From Sphyrna mokarran (Eukaryota), in contig JAGIQG010000015.1 of the NCBI GenBank assembly GCA_024679065.1, forward strand, positions 61,814,001 to 61,878,000: a stretch of DNA of 64,000 nt, in the 5' to 3' direction. Below, piece by piece: positions 49,768-63,338 of this stretch. Each line of letters begins with the position of its first letter. The first letter of the stretch is position 1. The notes under the pieces are model-generated. The model worked only from the letters and a program-made list of their open reading frames with translations. It was not told the origin of the DNA and made no database searches. Made by a program: the position numbers and the translations under genes.

Positions 49768-50209
49768 TATAAATTAAATTAAGGTTCTTTCAATTAATAC
49801 TAGTACACCTGCCACTGATCTGAGGGTATTCAAATGTACATCCTCCTTCTCATGTAGCTTGGCAATCAACTCTGCTTGTGTCTCTGATAAAACCAACGAA
49901 TTAGTCATCAAGTTATTGCTCATTGAATGCTGAAATCTGATATATCCTTCCTCTTATCCTCATGTGTCTCAATTTCGTCTCCTCTCCTGACTTATGTAGA
50001 ACATGTTTTTTTTTAACCACCCACTTCCCATATCTACATCCAAGTATCCGTTAATCAGGTATGAGACTACTCTTCAGTGTGATTGCTGCTAATCTATCAT
50101 TCTCAAACTTCTATGTTATTAGATATCTCAAAACACATAATTGAGTATGTGGTTATTTAAAGCTAAAGTTATCTAAAAGTCTCCCATAGCCTGTCCATCC
50201 ACAATTCAT

Positions 50210-52070
50210 TAGTCAGGGGCATGGTGCAATACATTTGCTTGTACGTGTACAGTTCTAACAATATTCAAGAAGTTTGAAACCATGCAGAACAAAGCAACCT
50301 GCCTGATGACTGCCCTTTCCACCATGTTCAGATACTGAAGCAGTCCATGTTCATATACAAGATTTGGACAATATCCAGTCTCGGGCTGACAAGTGGTAAG
50401 TAACATTCACACAGGTGCCAGGCAATGACCATCACTAATAAGACACATTCTAACCACTGCCTCTTGACATTCAATGGTGTTACCATCACTGAATCCTTCA
50501 CTGACAACATCCTTGTCGTTACCATTGACAAGAAACTCAACTGGATTCATCACATAAACACAGTGGCTATATGAGCAGGTTAGAGGCTAGGAATACTCAG
50601 CGAGTAACTTATTTCCTGACTCCCCAAAGCCCGTCCATAATGTACAAGGCACAAGTCAGCAGTATAATGGAATACTCTCCACTTTCCTAGCTGGGTGTAA
50701 CTTCAACAACACTGAAGAAGCTTGACATTATCCAGGACAGAAAAGCTCACTTGATTGGCAACACATTCACAAACATCACTCCCTGCTCCACTGACACTCA
50801 GTAAGGGCAGTGTGTACAATCTATAGGTGCATTGCAGCAATTCACCAAAGGATGTGGTTAAGAAAGCTTATGGTGTACTGGCCTTCATTCATCGAGGGAT
50901 TGAGTTCAGGAGTCAGGAGGTAATGCTGCAGCTTTATAGGACCCTTGTCAGACCACACTTGGAGTACTGTGCGCAGTTCTGGTCGCCTCCCTATAGGAAG
51001 GACGTGGAAGCTATTGAAAGGGTGCAGAGGAGATTTACAAGGATGTTGCCTTGATTGGGAGGCATGCCTTATGAAGACAGGTTGAGGGAGCTGGGACTGT
51101 TCTCCCTGGAGAGATGAAGGTTGAGAGGCGACCTGATAGAGGTTTACCAGATGTTGAGAGGATTACATAGGGTGGACTCTCAGAGATTATTTCCCAGGGC
51201 TGAAATGGTCGCGACGAGAGGGCACAGATTTAAGGTGCAGGGAAGCAAGTACAGAGGGGATACTAGGGGAAAGTTTTTCACTCAGAGGGTGGTAAGTGAA
51301 TGGAATCGGCTGCCGTCGGTGGTGGTCGAGGCGAACTCACTGGGGTCTTTTAAAAGACTTCTGGATGAGTATATGGGATCCAATGGGATTGGGGGTTATA
51401 GATAGATCTATGGCTGGGTAGGTTTTGATGTGTTCGGCACAACTTGTGGGCCGGAGGGCCTGTTTGTGCTGTAGTGTTCTATGTTCTGTGTTCTATCCCT
51501 AGACAGCATATTCCAAATCCATGGCCGCTTCCATCTAGAAGGACAAGTGTAGCAGATGTTTGGGAATACCACCACCAGCAAGTTCCCCTCTAAGTCATTC
51601 ACAATTCTTACTTGGAAATATATCGCCATTCCTTTGCAGTCGCTGGTCAAAATCCTGGAATTTCCTCCCCAGCTGCATTGTGGATCAACCCACAACATGT
51701 CAACGGCAGTGATTCAAGAAGACAGTTTTCCAACAACTTCTCAATAGCAACTAGGGATGCACAATAAATGCTGGCCAGCCAGCAATGTCCATGTTGCAGG
51801 AATGAATTAAATAAAGGTCCTTCACTGCCACTGGCTGAGAAACCTGAAACTCCCTCCTTAACAGCACTCTACGTGTACCTACACCATATCAATTACAATA
51901 GTAAAGTAAAAGTAAAGTTTGTTTATTAGTCACAGTAAAGCTTACATTGACATTGCAAAGAAGTTACTGTGAAATTAGTTCAAGAAAGCTACAACCTTTG
52001 TTAGGGCAATTAAGATCAGGCAATGAATGCTGGCTTTCCCACTGTTGTACACATTCCATGAATTAATTAA
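50210..52070 (+). mobile_element. Non-LTR retrotransposon 3' part split by a young CR1
   Basis: gttaccattgacaagaaactcaactgg, tacaaggcacaagtcag, and tgcagcaattcaccaaag|...|ccctagacagca continuity across the CR1. Confidence 0.7.
50850..51497 (+). mobile_element. Young CR1 LINE 3' end
   Basis: VVKKAYGVLAFI...LYRTLVRPHLEYCAQFWSP...LRGDLIEVY, with a ttctatgttct tail. Confidence 0.93.
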
Positions 52071-52952
52071 AACAAAACAATATATTGAATTATGTGTTTA
52101 TGTAAAGGAAAATACTGAGAGAAATGTATTGGGTTCAAATCCTTTAAACAGACTTACAAAGACAGGGACAGTAATATGGTTGATAATTCACTTAATTTGT
52201 TATTGAAGGAGCATTAATCTTAAATACCCTAAACACTAATATTGCATACCTCGCATTCATTCTATCTTCAAAACTCTTGCGCATGATGATACCCTCGAAA
52301 TGTGACTTCTGCAAGCTTCTATCAAATCCCCATGTGCCTTCATTCTCATGATGTTGTGACCAACTACAGTTACCAAAGGGACCCAATATGACCCTAGCTT
52401 GAACTTAAGGGAGGTATTTGCACAGCTCCTGTTCTGTGTTAGTGGGCACATCATTCCCCACGAAGGTCATCTCTTTGGTGAAACAACAGCGTTTACTTTT
52501 GTTTTGATAAGCAGTATGAGCAGTCTTACTATGGAACATTACCCACATGATAAAGGGTGGTGATTCATTGGTGATATCAATACTGAAGAAAAAAAAACAG
52601 CACTGTTGGGAAGGTCTTCACCTAAAACACCTTGGGGCTAATGTCTTGGCATGTTACTAGATCTGTAGAGACGACTTTAAATTAAATAGCAGAGAGAAGG
52701 GTTTATGTGAGGCAAGATTTGGAAAGTTAAAAGGACATAGCAATCGCACAGGGTAGCAATAAGAGATACTGTTTGACAGGAAGGGGAAGAGCATAGAAGC
52801 GTAAGAGCGTGCTGATCATTCAGATCAGAGTGGGGAAAAATGATAAAAAGACAGAATAAAGACCTCGTTATTTAATTGCCCATACCATTTGTAACCAGAT
52901 GGATGGATGGATAGCACAAATAAAAGTAACTGAGTATATGATACAGAGATAT

Positions 52953-53964
52953 GGGCCGCGATTCTCCCATCCAGACCCGCAACATTTTTGACGGGTTGGG
53001 GTGGGAGATACACGTCACCAGCCTTGTTCTGGGATTTGAGCCGGTGCCGGGAATGTATGCGCATCTCCCAGATCCAGAGAGCACTCGGTGACCAGCCCAC
53101 ACTGGAAACTGGTGGGAAGACAAGTAATTCATTTGAATTTTTTCAGAAGTATTTTAAATGTCATTATCAGGAACTTACCGGCCCTGATTAATCTCCCAGC
53201 CGCCAGGCGAACTTTATTCCAGTAGGGTTTAGAGTAATTTACCAGGTTCAGGAAATTAATCTGAGATCCTGCCAGAATGAAGAAGGGGCAATCAGGGCCA
53301 CCAAGGGGATCGGGCAGCAGGAGTGTGGTGCCCCCTGGGCATGGGCACTCTGGCAGTGCCAGCCTGTGCCCCAGCACTGTCCAAGGGACAAAATGCCCAT
53401 CGTAGGGAGCATCTCTGCAGTGCCCTATTGTGGGAGGGGCCAAGGGGCAATTGGTGTGGGGGGGAGTATCCCGCTGCCACTCTGCATGGTGATTGGTCTG
53501 GGATGGAGGGAGGGAGGGTAGCAATTGGGGTGGGCTGGAGGGATGGTGGTCTTTTAGGGGAAAGCCAGCCTCATGGATGGGGCAGGGGAGTCGCCATTGC
53601 TGGGGGGTTGGTTCGCTGGATATCAGAGCTGCAATTGGGCCGTGGTGGTGGCTGGGGGGGGGTGTGGTGGGGGGGAGGGTGGTAGCTACTGGGGTGGGGG
53701 GGGGAGAGGCAACCATGCGGGAGTCCTAGGCTGGCCAGTGATTGACAGGGAGACTGACAGATCGGGACCACTGAGCATGCACAAAATTCCAGAACTGTCA
53801 GACTCTGATGTGATAATGCTCCGCCTCCCCTAGGTTTTTAATGAGATTCACGAGTGGTACCTCTGCTCAGACTGGGGAGATTGGACTGAGAAGTTGAACT
53901 GACGGAACAATCGTGATCTAGAACAATTTTTCTGCCAATTCAGCGCTTTTGGGAAAATTGCCCC
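52953..53964. mobile_element. G-rich non-autonomous Harbinger-like element
   Basis: Termini gggccgcgattctccc and gggaaaattgcccc; no transposase ORF. Confidence 0.7.
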
Positions 53965-55607
53965 AATGATTGCAACATTACCAAAGCCAGGTCCTAAATA
54001 TTCAAGGGCATTTGACATTTGAGACACACACAAACAAAAGGAAAAGAAGTGGGTTAGCTCTGTTAATAACTGATGAGATCAGCATAGTAGTAAGAAATGG
54101 CCTTTAACTGCAAGATAAAGAGATGGATAGTGATATGAATATACAAGTATACAAATTAAAATCAGAAGTAAGATATAGTAAAAGAAAGAAGTCACTGACA
54201 CGGGAGGAGCTTTTAGGCCTCCTGACAATAGCTACATTGCAGGAAACAGTATAAATCCAGAAATAATATGGGCTGATCAAAAATGGTGGAAGGTTTTAAT
54301 CCTCATATAGACTGGATCAATGAAATTGTAAAGAAGAGTGAGTTCTTAGAGTGTATTTGAGACAATTCCTTAGAACAATACATTCTGGAACCCTATCCTA
54401 TAACCAGGCTATTTTAGACCTGGTAATAATGCGATAGCAATAATTAATATCCTCATAATAAAAGTTCCTCTAGATAAGAATGGTCATAACATTCAATTAA
54501 AGGGTGAGACATGAGAATCTGAAACTAATGTCTAAAACATAAATAAAGGCAAGTACAGGAGTATGAAAACTGGGTTGGCTAAATTGGGATAGGAAAATAA
54601 GTTAAAAGATGAGACATTTGGGAAACAGCGGCAGACATTTAAAGAAGTACTTCATCACCTTTGATAAGATATAGTTCATTGGAAAAGACTCTACCAGAAA
54701 GATGAATGATCCATGACTAACTAAAAAAGTTAAGGATGGTATCAAATAGGAAGCAAAGGCATTCACTGCTGCAAAGATTTGTGATGAGTCAGAAGATTTG
54801 GGAAGTTTTAGCTAAAGATAGCTAAAAACGATACAGAGGAAGAAATTGGAGTATGTAATATTAACTAAAACAGACAAATATGTCGAAAGAAAAAGTGTTG
54901 CTAAATTTCCTCAGAAGATGAGACAAGGGAATTAATAATGTCAAAGAAGGTAATGGTAGAGACTTTGGACTCTGTCTTCATGATTGGTGGCACAATTAGT
55001 ATCTCAAGAATAGTCCAAAATAAAAAGTTAAAAGGGAGAGAAGAACTTAAAACAATCACAGTCACCAGAGAAAGAGTACTGGAAAAAGTATTGTAACTAA
55101 AGACTGGCAAGTCCCCTGGAATTGATAGCCTGCATCTTAGGGCCTTCAAAGAGGTGACTGCAGAGGTAATGGACGCTTTGGCTTTAGTTTTCCAATATCT
55201 CCTCAGTTTAGGAAAAGTCCCAGCAGATTGGCAAAAGTAAAAAGGAGGGAGACAAAAATCAGGAAACTACAGTTCAGTTAGCCTAACATCTGGCATTGGG
55301 AAAATGCTGAAATCCATTCTCAATGAGATGATAGCAAGTCATTTAGGAAATAGATGGTGCAATTTTTCCAAAGAATTTCTAAGTGTCAAAACTGCGAGAG
55401 TGATGGAGTGTTTGGCATCAGTCTCTCAGACACATATGGTATTGCAATCTTTCAATACTCAGTATACTGAAAGAGTCATCATATGGAACACGCCATCATG
55501 GAGGCTCCAAGCATGTGACTCCCTCAAGTTGCCTCAGCTCTGTGCCATTAAGTTGATGAAACTTCATTTAAACATTCATAATACACTCACAGCCAGTCAC
55601 GTCAGGA

Positions 55608-56660
55608 AGATGGCACCCTGCAGAGCACTCCCATGGAGCTAGGGTTAGAACAGCTTCTGGAGACCATAGAGGCAAGGCAGACCATCTTGTTACCCCAAAA
55701 GGGCAGACAACCCAGGAGTCAGGACAGCAATGTGGCCTGGGAATCAGTGCCCATCGCTCCTCACGCCCCAAACCCCCACAACATCTCATGGCCTTACAAT
55801 TATCAGGCTTTCAATCACCCCCTTTTGCTCAGCAGATAAGATGGGAGATAATCAAAGACAGCAAGACAAGACTGGCAGTGGAGTCCCCGAGTTGCGCCTC
55901 TTGACCACATTCAAATCCACTGGGGGACAAAGCTATGAAAGCCATGGCCAACAGTTAGGTCAGTGTGTCTGACAGAAGTGAGGAGCCTCAAAATCTGCAT
56001 TCATATGACCTTTCTCAAGTCAGTTGCCAGCTGCTTAGATATTTGTCCCTACCTTACACTGAACCACTTATCTTATTTTACAGGAGCAGAACTCGATGAG
56101 GCTGGGCTTCCAGGAATCGACACCCTCGTTGCGATCCTTGCTGCGACCCTCGTCAGCACCTCAGAGGAAAGCTCGGAGGAAAGCACTGACCAGTCGGCAT
56201 TGTCATCACCCACACCAATGTAGATACAGTCACCTCAGTGGGACATGTTAGCAGTGAGGCCTCTGGGGTATTTTCTGGTGAACATCACACAGTCACTGAT
56301 GCTCATTGGGTAAAGGTAGGAAGGGCTGATGGGTCAGGCAGGCAGAAGTCTCCTACAACCAAGGAAATGGCCTGGCACCAGCCAGCTGCTGAACCTTTGG
56401 AAACAGTTCTCCTGAATTTGCCGGAAATGCAGAAATAGATCAAGGGATTGTAGGATGGGGTGTCAACAACATTCCAGCAACTGCAAGGCTGTTTTGAGGA
56501 GTTCCACAGTCTTCAGTCACAAGAGATGGTGCCGGCATTGTGTGACACTCAGGCCAACACTGCAAAAGTGGTGACCGCAATGGAAAGCCTTGGGCAGGAA
56601 ATGGTCCTCATGGGTGAAAAGGTCCAAAGCATGCATGAGAGACTGAGGAACAGACCTCAG
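55608..56660 (+). pseudogene. Harbinger Myb/SANT-like second ORF remnant
   Basis: MAP..LEQLLETIEAR..W start and an acidic/Ser tract. Apparent intron GTGAGG at 55978 to ttttacAG at 56083. Confidence 0.6.
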
Positions 56661-56689
56661 GAACACACGGCAGTTATCCCTTGCCCACA

Positions 56690-57460
56690 CTAGTTATTCG
56701 GACAGGCTGGGATGGTCCTCAAAGAGCTTGGAGATACCCAAACGCTGCAGGATGTAGCTCTCATGCACCATCCCAGGTGACATGCATATACTTGCATGAT
56801 GTTCAATGGATGGTCACACACCATTTGAATATTCAGGGAGTGGAAACCTTCGCGATGAATTAAAGTTACTCCCAGATTCCACAGAGCCCACAGGTCAACG
56901 TGTGTGCCGTTGATAGCTCCTTGCAAATGGAGTGCCCTGCTAATGGTAGAGAAACCTGCAGCCCAGGCTTCCTATTGGGCCTGGCCCACATTAAAGTGAA
57001 TGTAATGGTCTGCCCAGGTATATAGGGCACTGGTCATCTTGCGGATGCTCTGTGTGGTAATGATTGGGAAATGTTGCAGAAGTCACCACTCGAGCTCTAG
57101 CAACAGATGGCAGCATAAAAGCTGAGGCTGGCATGACCCTCATGACCACCAAGGGTGGATGTCCTCCTGTGCCACGAAGTGCCAGCTCCATGACGACATG
57201 ACACAGGTGCTGGACTGTCTTCCTACTGAGACACAGTCTGCAGTGACACACAGTATTTGGCAGCCTGTCGAAGAACACTATTGAACTTGAGTCTCTGTCT
57301 CCACTAACCTCTAACTGCTGCGCACTCCCCTCCTCATGCTGATGGGTGGCTGTATGCTGCTCCTTACCAGTGGCTCCCTGACCTCCTGCTATGGCCTCAA
57401 GCCAGGGTTAACCTTGTCCATCAGCCACCACAGCTGCAATGAGAATGGCTGTCAGATCTA
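56690..57460 (-). pseudogene. Harbinger transposase N-terminal half (HARBI1-like), frameshifted
   Basis: GAI(D>N)GTHV and FHSLNIQMVCD DDE_Tnp_4 motifs; the C-terminal half is missing. Confidence 0.85.
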
Positions 57461-60039
57461 CCTGCCCTACCCCAAAATCCATCGCTGCTGAGCATGGGGG
57501 TCGGGGGGGTGGGGGGGAGGGCCATGGTGGGGGCGAGAGGGGGCATTGTGGGGTGGAAAGTAAGAGAGTGAAACCATCAGTAAGGTTATCCATCTGAGGC
57601 CCCTCAATCCCTCCCAGCAACCCATGTCCAATGACTATTGACATTGCCAACCAGGCGCTATTCCCTTGCCATTCTCCACCTCAATGGGTTGCTAACCACT
57701 GCCACATCATTGCCACAGTAATCACAGCCCATGCCTCCCCTTGCTTGCCAAGGCCTCCTGCACAGGTGTACCTTGTCTTCAAATGGTGTGGCATAATGCA
57801 TTCTGCACCCCAAGTGTAGTTGTGTAGCCGTTGGTGTGTGATGTGAGCCTGTCCCTCCAAATGACCAGTGCTATTCTACCCCCTTCCCCTACATTTGGAC
57901 CCCTAATACCACAGGCCATTGTTGGCAGCATGTGGCAGACTGGACTCCATGCACTGGTGCTCACATAGAGCATAAGGGTGGCTATGAGGAAGTGCCCATT
58001 GGGAACCCTTGAAGCATTAACTTGCTGGCACCCTTGTGACTGTCAGGAGATGGAATCATATCAAAGAGAACACAGCAGAGTCGATGCAATATGAAGGGTC
58101 ATGTTAATACTTGCAGAGCTCCCTTGATTGGGGTGACAGCTGCCAGACCTGTAGCTTGTTAGCGTTAGTGGGCGTAGCCTGGGATGGAATGTCAGCAGTA
58201 GGCCACAGAGCCTGCTCAAAAGACAGATGGCAGGGTAACCATAGTGACATTAGCAGCGATGGAACTTGACCTGGTATGGAACCCCTCAGGATTCATTCAG
58301 TGACCAAGGGGAATGGATGGTCCAGACCATCAGCGACTCCCCAATCTATGAAATCCCAGTCAAGTCTGTGCCTGACCAATCCCCCACACCTATGCAAGTC
58401 CCCACCCCATCCCGCACCATGGCAACAGCTGGCCCCACCAACTCCATCCCCTACCCTGCACTCTGGAAGTTGGTGTTCAGTGGTACACACCTCTGAGCTC
58501 TCCTCCACTGCCACATTTTTAAAGGCCAGTACTAATTGACAGCGGTGTAACGTCACGTGGAAAGATGGGAAGCCTCCGGAAATGCAAACAATTGTGGGCC
58601 GAGCTCACTCATGTTATTAAAATCCAGTCAATCCCATATTAATAAGTCTTGAGCCTATTCTGATCATGAAACCGGTTGTTCTATTCAAAAGGGACCAGGA
58701 GGATCATAAACCATTGGCATTGGGCAGGAATCCGATTCGTAGCTATCTTCCCAGCTAGCTGCTAGGCACGGTGAGGCGGTAAAATTCCACCTCATAATTC
58801 AGTGAGGGAGCTTCAACATGGTTTTGTGAAAGAGAAATTGTTTTTGTCAAATTTGTTGGAGTTTTTTTGACGGTATAACAAGCAGTAAAGACATACCTGT
58901 AGCTGTAGTGTAATTGGATTTTCAAAAGGCATTCGATAAGGTGCCATATAAACATTTGTTACATAAGATAATTGCTTGTGGAGCGGGGTAATAACTTTAG
59001 CATGTAAAATGAATTGGCTAACAAGAAATGAAGAGTCAGGATAAATGGGTCAATTTCAGTTTGGCAAACTTTAACTAGTGTTTTGATGTTGTTGCCAAAA
59101 CCTTAGTGAAGTCCTACTGTTACCATATCTTCTTGTCTTACCATCCTTTGATGAGGTTTTGCTTCTTCTATAACAAACCTGAGATAGTCAGTTTAGTTTA
59201 ACGTGAGAACTATTTATAAAGACCTTAGGGTGATTACATGGGATTAAGAACACAGAGGGCTTGATTTTACCATCAAGTTGCACCTGTTTTGAGGTGCGAA
59301 AACTTGGTAAAAGTCAGGCGTGAGGTGAGTAGTGCAATCCATGCCTGCCTCTGTGCCAGTTCCCCCTTTACCGAGGTCTAAAAATGAACACGATCAGGAA
59401 TGCACTCAAAACGGGCGCGACAGCCATTTAAATGTACTTGCATGGATTTAAATTGATTAAATGAGCTGCACACCCATCTTTACTAGCAATTCCCCCTTTA
59501 ATACCATATTCACTAATCCGGATCGGCACAAAACAGATATGCTCCATAACAGTCTGATTCGGGTGTTCCATCAGTGAGGGTTTGTGAAGAGGTAAGTGGT
59601 AAGTGTCTGATGGCTCTCGCTGTTCATGGGTGTCCTTGCATTACAGCCATTTTCTTTCTCGTGTCAGTGACGGCTCTGTGAGTGTGTGCGAAGCTGTTAT
59701 TCAGCAGGGTCTCCGATGTCCGACTTGCAGCACGGACCTGGGTCTCAGCAGTGATCCCAGGTCTTGTAGTGCTGTTAGTTGCTACTGCACTCAGCTCAAT
59801 TCCAGCTGAAGGATGTGTGCAAAGTCCTTGCAAATTGCACAGCTGCAGCTTCTCAACTTTGCAAGGAACTGTGATTTTAGGGAGCATGTGGCTGGGGGAA
59901 TTGGAGGGAGCTATGATTTTGGGATGCTTGTGGCTGAGGAATTTGGGGGATATGGATAGTGACTGTTGATGGGCTAGGTGCAAGCAACATTCCTTAACCT
60001 CATCATGTGTTCCTCTCCATCTCCCCCCACCTCCTTAAG

Positions 60040-61316
60040 GTGATGAGATGGTTTTTGCGATGCAAGCGATCAATCTTCCTGTTCTTTTGGCTGCTGCTGA
60101 AGACGGAAGAGCTAGACAAAGAATTGTGAACACAGGAGGCCCAGACCTGACCACTTGCACAAATAAAGGGAGATGATTACCAGAGGCAGGAGGTGGCTGC
60201 CATTCACTCTGAGAGGGGGCGCAGTAGAAGGCGGGAGCAGAGACCCCAACAATTCCATGTACGAGTTTCATTTGAACAGATGTCAAATACTGCGTGCCAC
60301 CGACGTCTCTGTCTCCAAAAGGAGACAGTGGAACACCTGTACAAACTATTGCAAGACCAGGCGCCTAGGGAGTGGGGGGAGGCACCCACTCTCAGTGGCT
60401 GTCAAATTAACAGTCGCTCTGAACTTTTATGTGACTTGGCTCCTTCCAGATCCTCAGCTGAGATGTATGTGGCATTTCCCAGTCAGCTATGCACACACAT
60501 GTCAAGCAGATCACAGAAGCCCTGTACGCCCAGACTGGGCAGTACATCAAATTTAACCTAGACCAGGTCCATTAGGAAGTCAGGACTGCTGGGTTCGCGG
60601 CTATTGTGGCGATGCATAAAGGACAGGAGCCATCAATTTAATCTATGTCACCCTCAGGGCCCCCCTACAGACTCCATGAAGATTCATGAACAAAAAGGGG
60701 TTTCACTCCCTGAATGTTCAACTAGTGTGTGACCATAATACGACCATCATGCACATCTGCACAAGATGCGCAGGATGTACGCCAGCTTCATTGTCAGGAG
60801 TGCTGATATTTGAGGAATTTGAGGAAGAGCCCAGGCTGCAGGGCTGTCTTGTGCATGATATGGGTTACCCTCTTCAGACATCGCTGAAGGAGCCTGTGAG
60901 GAAGGCTGTGACTCAGGTGGAGACCCATATAATGAGGCCCACGTAGCCACCCACACAATAGTGGAGTGGTGCATTGGACTCCTCAAAGTGCGATTCCTGT
61001 GCCTAGACTGCTCTGGCGGGGCCCTCCAATACAGCCCAGTGATCTCTTTCTGCGTTGTGATTGTGTGCTGCGCTTTGCGCAATCTGACTCTGCAGAGAGG
61101 TGACCTGTTGGAGGAAGAGGAGGAAGATGTGGAGGCTGACCAGCTGGGCGCCACTGGGTAAGATGACCAGCAGGATGAGAAAGAAAAGGAGGAGAGGAGG
61201 AGGAAGAGAAAGAACATGCCCTGGAACTCCAATCAAACCCTGGAGGGCTGATAACTCGAATGAGGCACACGAGGGCAGCTAGGGAGGCCTTGATCACCAG
61301 GTGGTTCAGTCGCTAA
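60040..61316 (+). pseudogene. Harbinger transposase (HARBI1-like), frameshifted
   Basis: LSVAVKLTVALNFY, NKKGFHSLNVQLVCDH, DMGYPL, VEWCIGLLKVRFLCLD and CCALRN motifs. Confidence 0.9.
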
Positions 61317-61774
61317 GGGCTTGTGTCTTTGGGTTTCAAACACACACTCCCCACCTAAAATTTCTTTTATCGCCTGCAACATTGTCACACCTGGATATAC
61401 TGTGTTAGTGAGTTCTTTGGCAGACAGGAGGATGATGACATCATGCTAAGCACCATTTTGATGATTCCCTAGTACAAACTAATCTGACTCCATCTGAGCT
61501 CCACATGCACGCTGGCACTTGGGCCCACATCTTTGTAGTGAGTAAGGATCTGAAATGCCCATACAGGCCCTGGGATGGGTGCATATCCCCCAAATCCCTC
61601 AGAACATGTAAAACACAACTACAGTCTCCTGGCTTGTACACCTGGAATGGTTCAAGCCCTTCCTTCTTCCTTGGGGTTCCTGTGGGTTCCTGGTTTACTG
61701 CATGGGATAGAGATGCTTCTGCAGTGAGCTCCAGAATCCTGGCATCACGTGGCCCTGTCAGCCCAGGAGGACAA

Positions 61775-62100
61775 AGAACAAAGAATGAAACAGCATGGAA
61801 ACAGGCCCTTCAGCCCAACGAGCCTGCACCGCCATCTCCATGTTCCCACTTCCACCCGTGATCCCTGTCATCCCTGTCTATGTTTATAGATCTATGCATT
61901 ACAACAAAATTTGAGACAATTTAGGGAGAACTTGTTCTGCCAATCAGCCTAAGAGCACATCTTTGGAATGTGGGAGGAAACCGGAGCACCTGGAGAAAAC
62001 CCATGCAAGCACAGGGAGAATGCGCAAATTCCCACAGACACAGATCCAAATCCATGTATCTGCACAGCACAGTGATAGTCACTGAACTGTCATGTTGCCC
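61775..62100 (-). mobile_element. HE1-like SINE inside Harbinger 2
   Basis: tgtgggaggaaaccggagcacctggagaaaaccca core. Confidence 0.75.
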
Positions 62101-62174
62101 ATCAACTGGTCCAGGTCAAGCGTACACTAATGACGTGAAGCACTAGGATATTCTCGAAAAATCCAAGAGCATTT

Positions 62175-62380
62175 CTTTTCAGTCCACTTACTCCCTCTTC
62201 CAAGTCATTTATGTATATTACAAATAGAAGAGGTCCCAGTACCGAGCCCTGTGGCACACCATTAGAGACCAACCTCCAGCTAGAAAAACACCTTTCCACT
62301 ATTACTCTCTGTCTCCTATTACCAAGCCAATTACTTATCCATCTAGCTACCTGTCCTTGTATCCCATTAGCCTTGACCAC
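62175..62380 (-). mobile_element. CR1 RT internal fragment
   Basis: [13 protein letters not shown]...[20 protein letters not shown]. Confidence 0.9.
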
Positions 62381-62583
62381 CTACATCCTACCAATGTGGT
62401 CGAGCCCTCTGAGATGGCCGCCTGAGTCAGGAGCCACCTGTCAATGGCCACAGTAAGTGCCCTCTGAGATTGGACCATGCACGGCAGCCCCTCAGCCATG
62501 ACCGTCTGCGACTGAGCTGTGTTCTCATAGGCTGCAGCCATAGCTCACTATGTCTCAGCACTGTCCCACTGGGTCTCCTGCAG

Positions 62584-62824
62584 ACTGTAGAGATACCGGC
62601 GTTGGACTGGGGTAAACACAGTAAGAAGTCTGACAGCACCAGGTTTAAGTCCAACCGATTTATTTGATAGTAAACTCACACAGGCTTTCGAGATTCTCCT
62701 CTTCGTCAGGTGAATGAGGTGTTCTGGTCTCAGACCTGATGGAGAGGAGAACCTCGAAAGCTTGTGAGTTTATTATCAAATAATTCGGTTGGTTTTAAAC
62801 CTGATGTTGTCAGACTTCTTACTG
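62584..62824. mobile_element. Fold-back Penelope-derived mini-element with hammerhead cores on both strands
   Basis: Arms 62619-62711 and 62734-62824. Flanking actgggtctcctgcag at 62568-62583 and 62821-62836. Confidence 0.85.
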
Positions 62825-63202
62825 GGTCTCCTGCAGGCTCTCAAGCCTCTCAGCCATCAGCTGCAGAATAGCTCAGCGGTAGCCCAATGTGACTTGGCCG
62901 TGGCCCTCTGGGACTCAGCCTGTGGTCTGCGGTGACTCAGTCATCGCTTGGAGCCTGCCACACAGGGTGAGGATCCCCGGCCCTACCCTTGCAGTGTTGG
63001 CCCAGGAACCATACGACACAGGCAACAGGTGGCCCACTTGGGACTCCCTCCAGAAACCTCAGAGTTGACCCAATGTGGCTGTCAGTTCCTCCAGCAATCC
63101 CAGGTTCTGCTGCTGCAACTCCAGCAGCTGAGAGAGAAGTGATCTCAAAAGCCCAGCATGTAGCCTGGGCCAGCTGAGTCCTCACCTCTGGCAGGTCCCA
63201 TG

Positions 63203-63338
63203 TAAGAAGTCTGACAACACCAAATTTAAATCCAACCGATTTATTTGATAGTAAATTTTGGATTTAAATTGGATTTAAACCTGGTGTTGTCAGACTTCTT
63301 ACTGTGTTTACCCCAGTCCAACGCCGGCATCTCCACAT
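63203..63338. mobile_element. Fold-back Penelope-derived mini-element without a hammerhead
   Basis: taagaagtctgacaacacca...tggtgttgtcagacttcttac plus tail ccagtccaacgccggcatctccacat, flanked by caggtccc(c)atg. Confidence 0.8.

Larger units (their letters stand above)
55356..58791. mobile_element. Decayed PIF/Harbinger transposon 1
   Basis: TIRs ggtgcaatttttcc / ggtaaaattccacc (12/14). Minus-strand transposase pieces QGAINGTHV, GFHSLNIQMVCDH and RLCLSRKTV. Plus-strand Myb/SANT-like LEQLLETIEARQTILLP. Confidence 0.85.
53990..59080 (+). mobile_element. Old CR1 LINE ORF2 split by a Harbinger insertion
   Basis: aagtcccctggaattgatagcctgcatc (KSPG.D.LH) and ggaaactacag..gttagcctaacatc (GNY.PVSLTS) lie before 55356. 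caacatggttttgtgaaa (QHGFVK) and ggattttcaaaaggcattcgataaggtgcc (DFQKAFDKVP) lie after 58791. Confidence 0.85.

Noticed and set aside
53129-53833. Pro- and Gly-rich ORFs up to 195 aa
   Set aside because: They arise from G/C tracts in a non-coding MITE and are not conserved in the sister copy at 38666.
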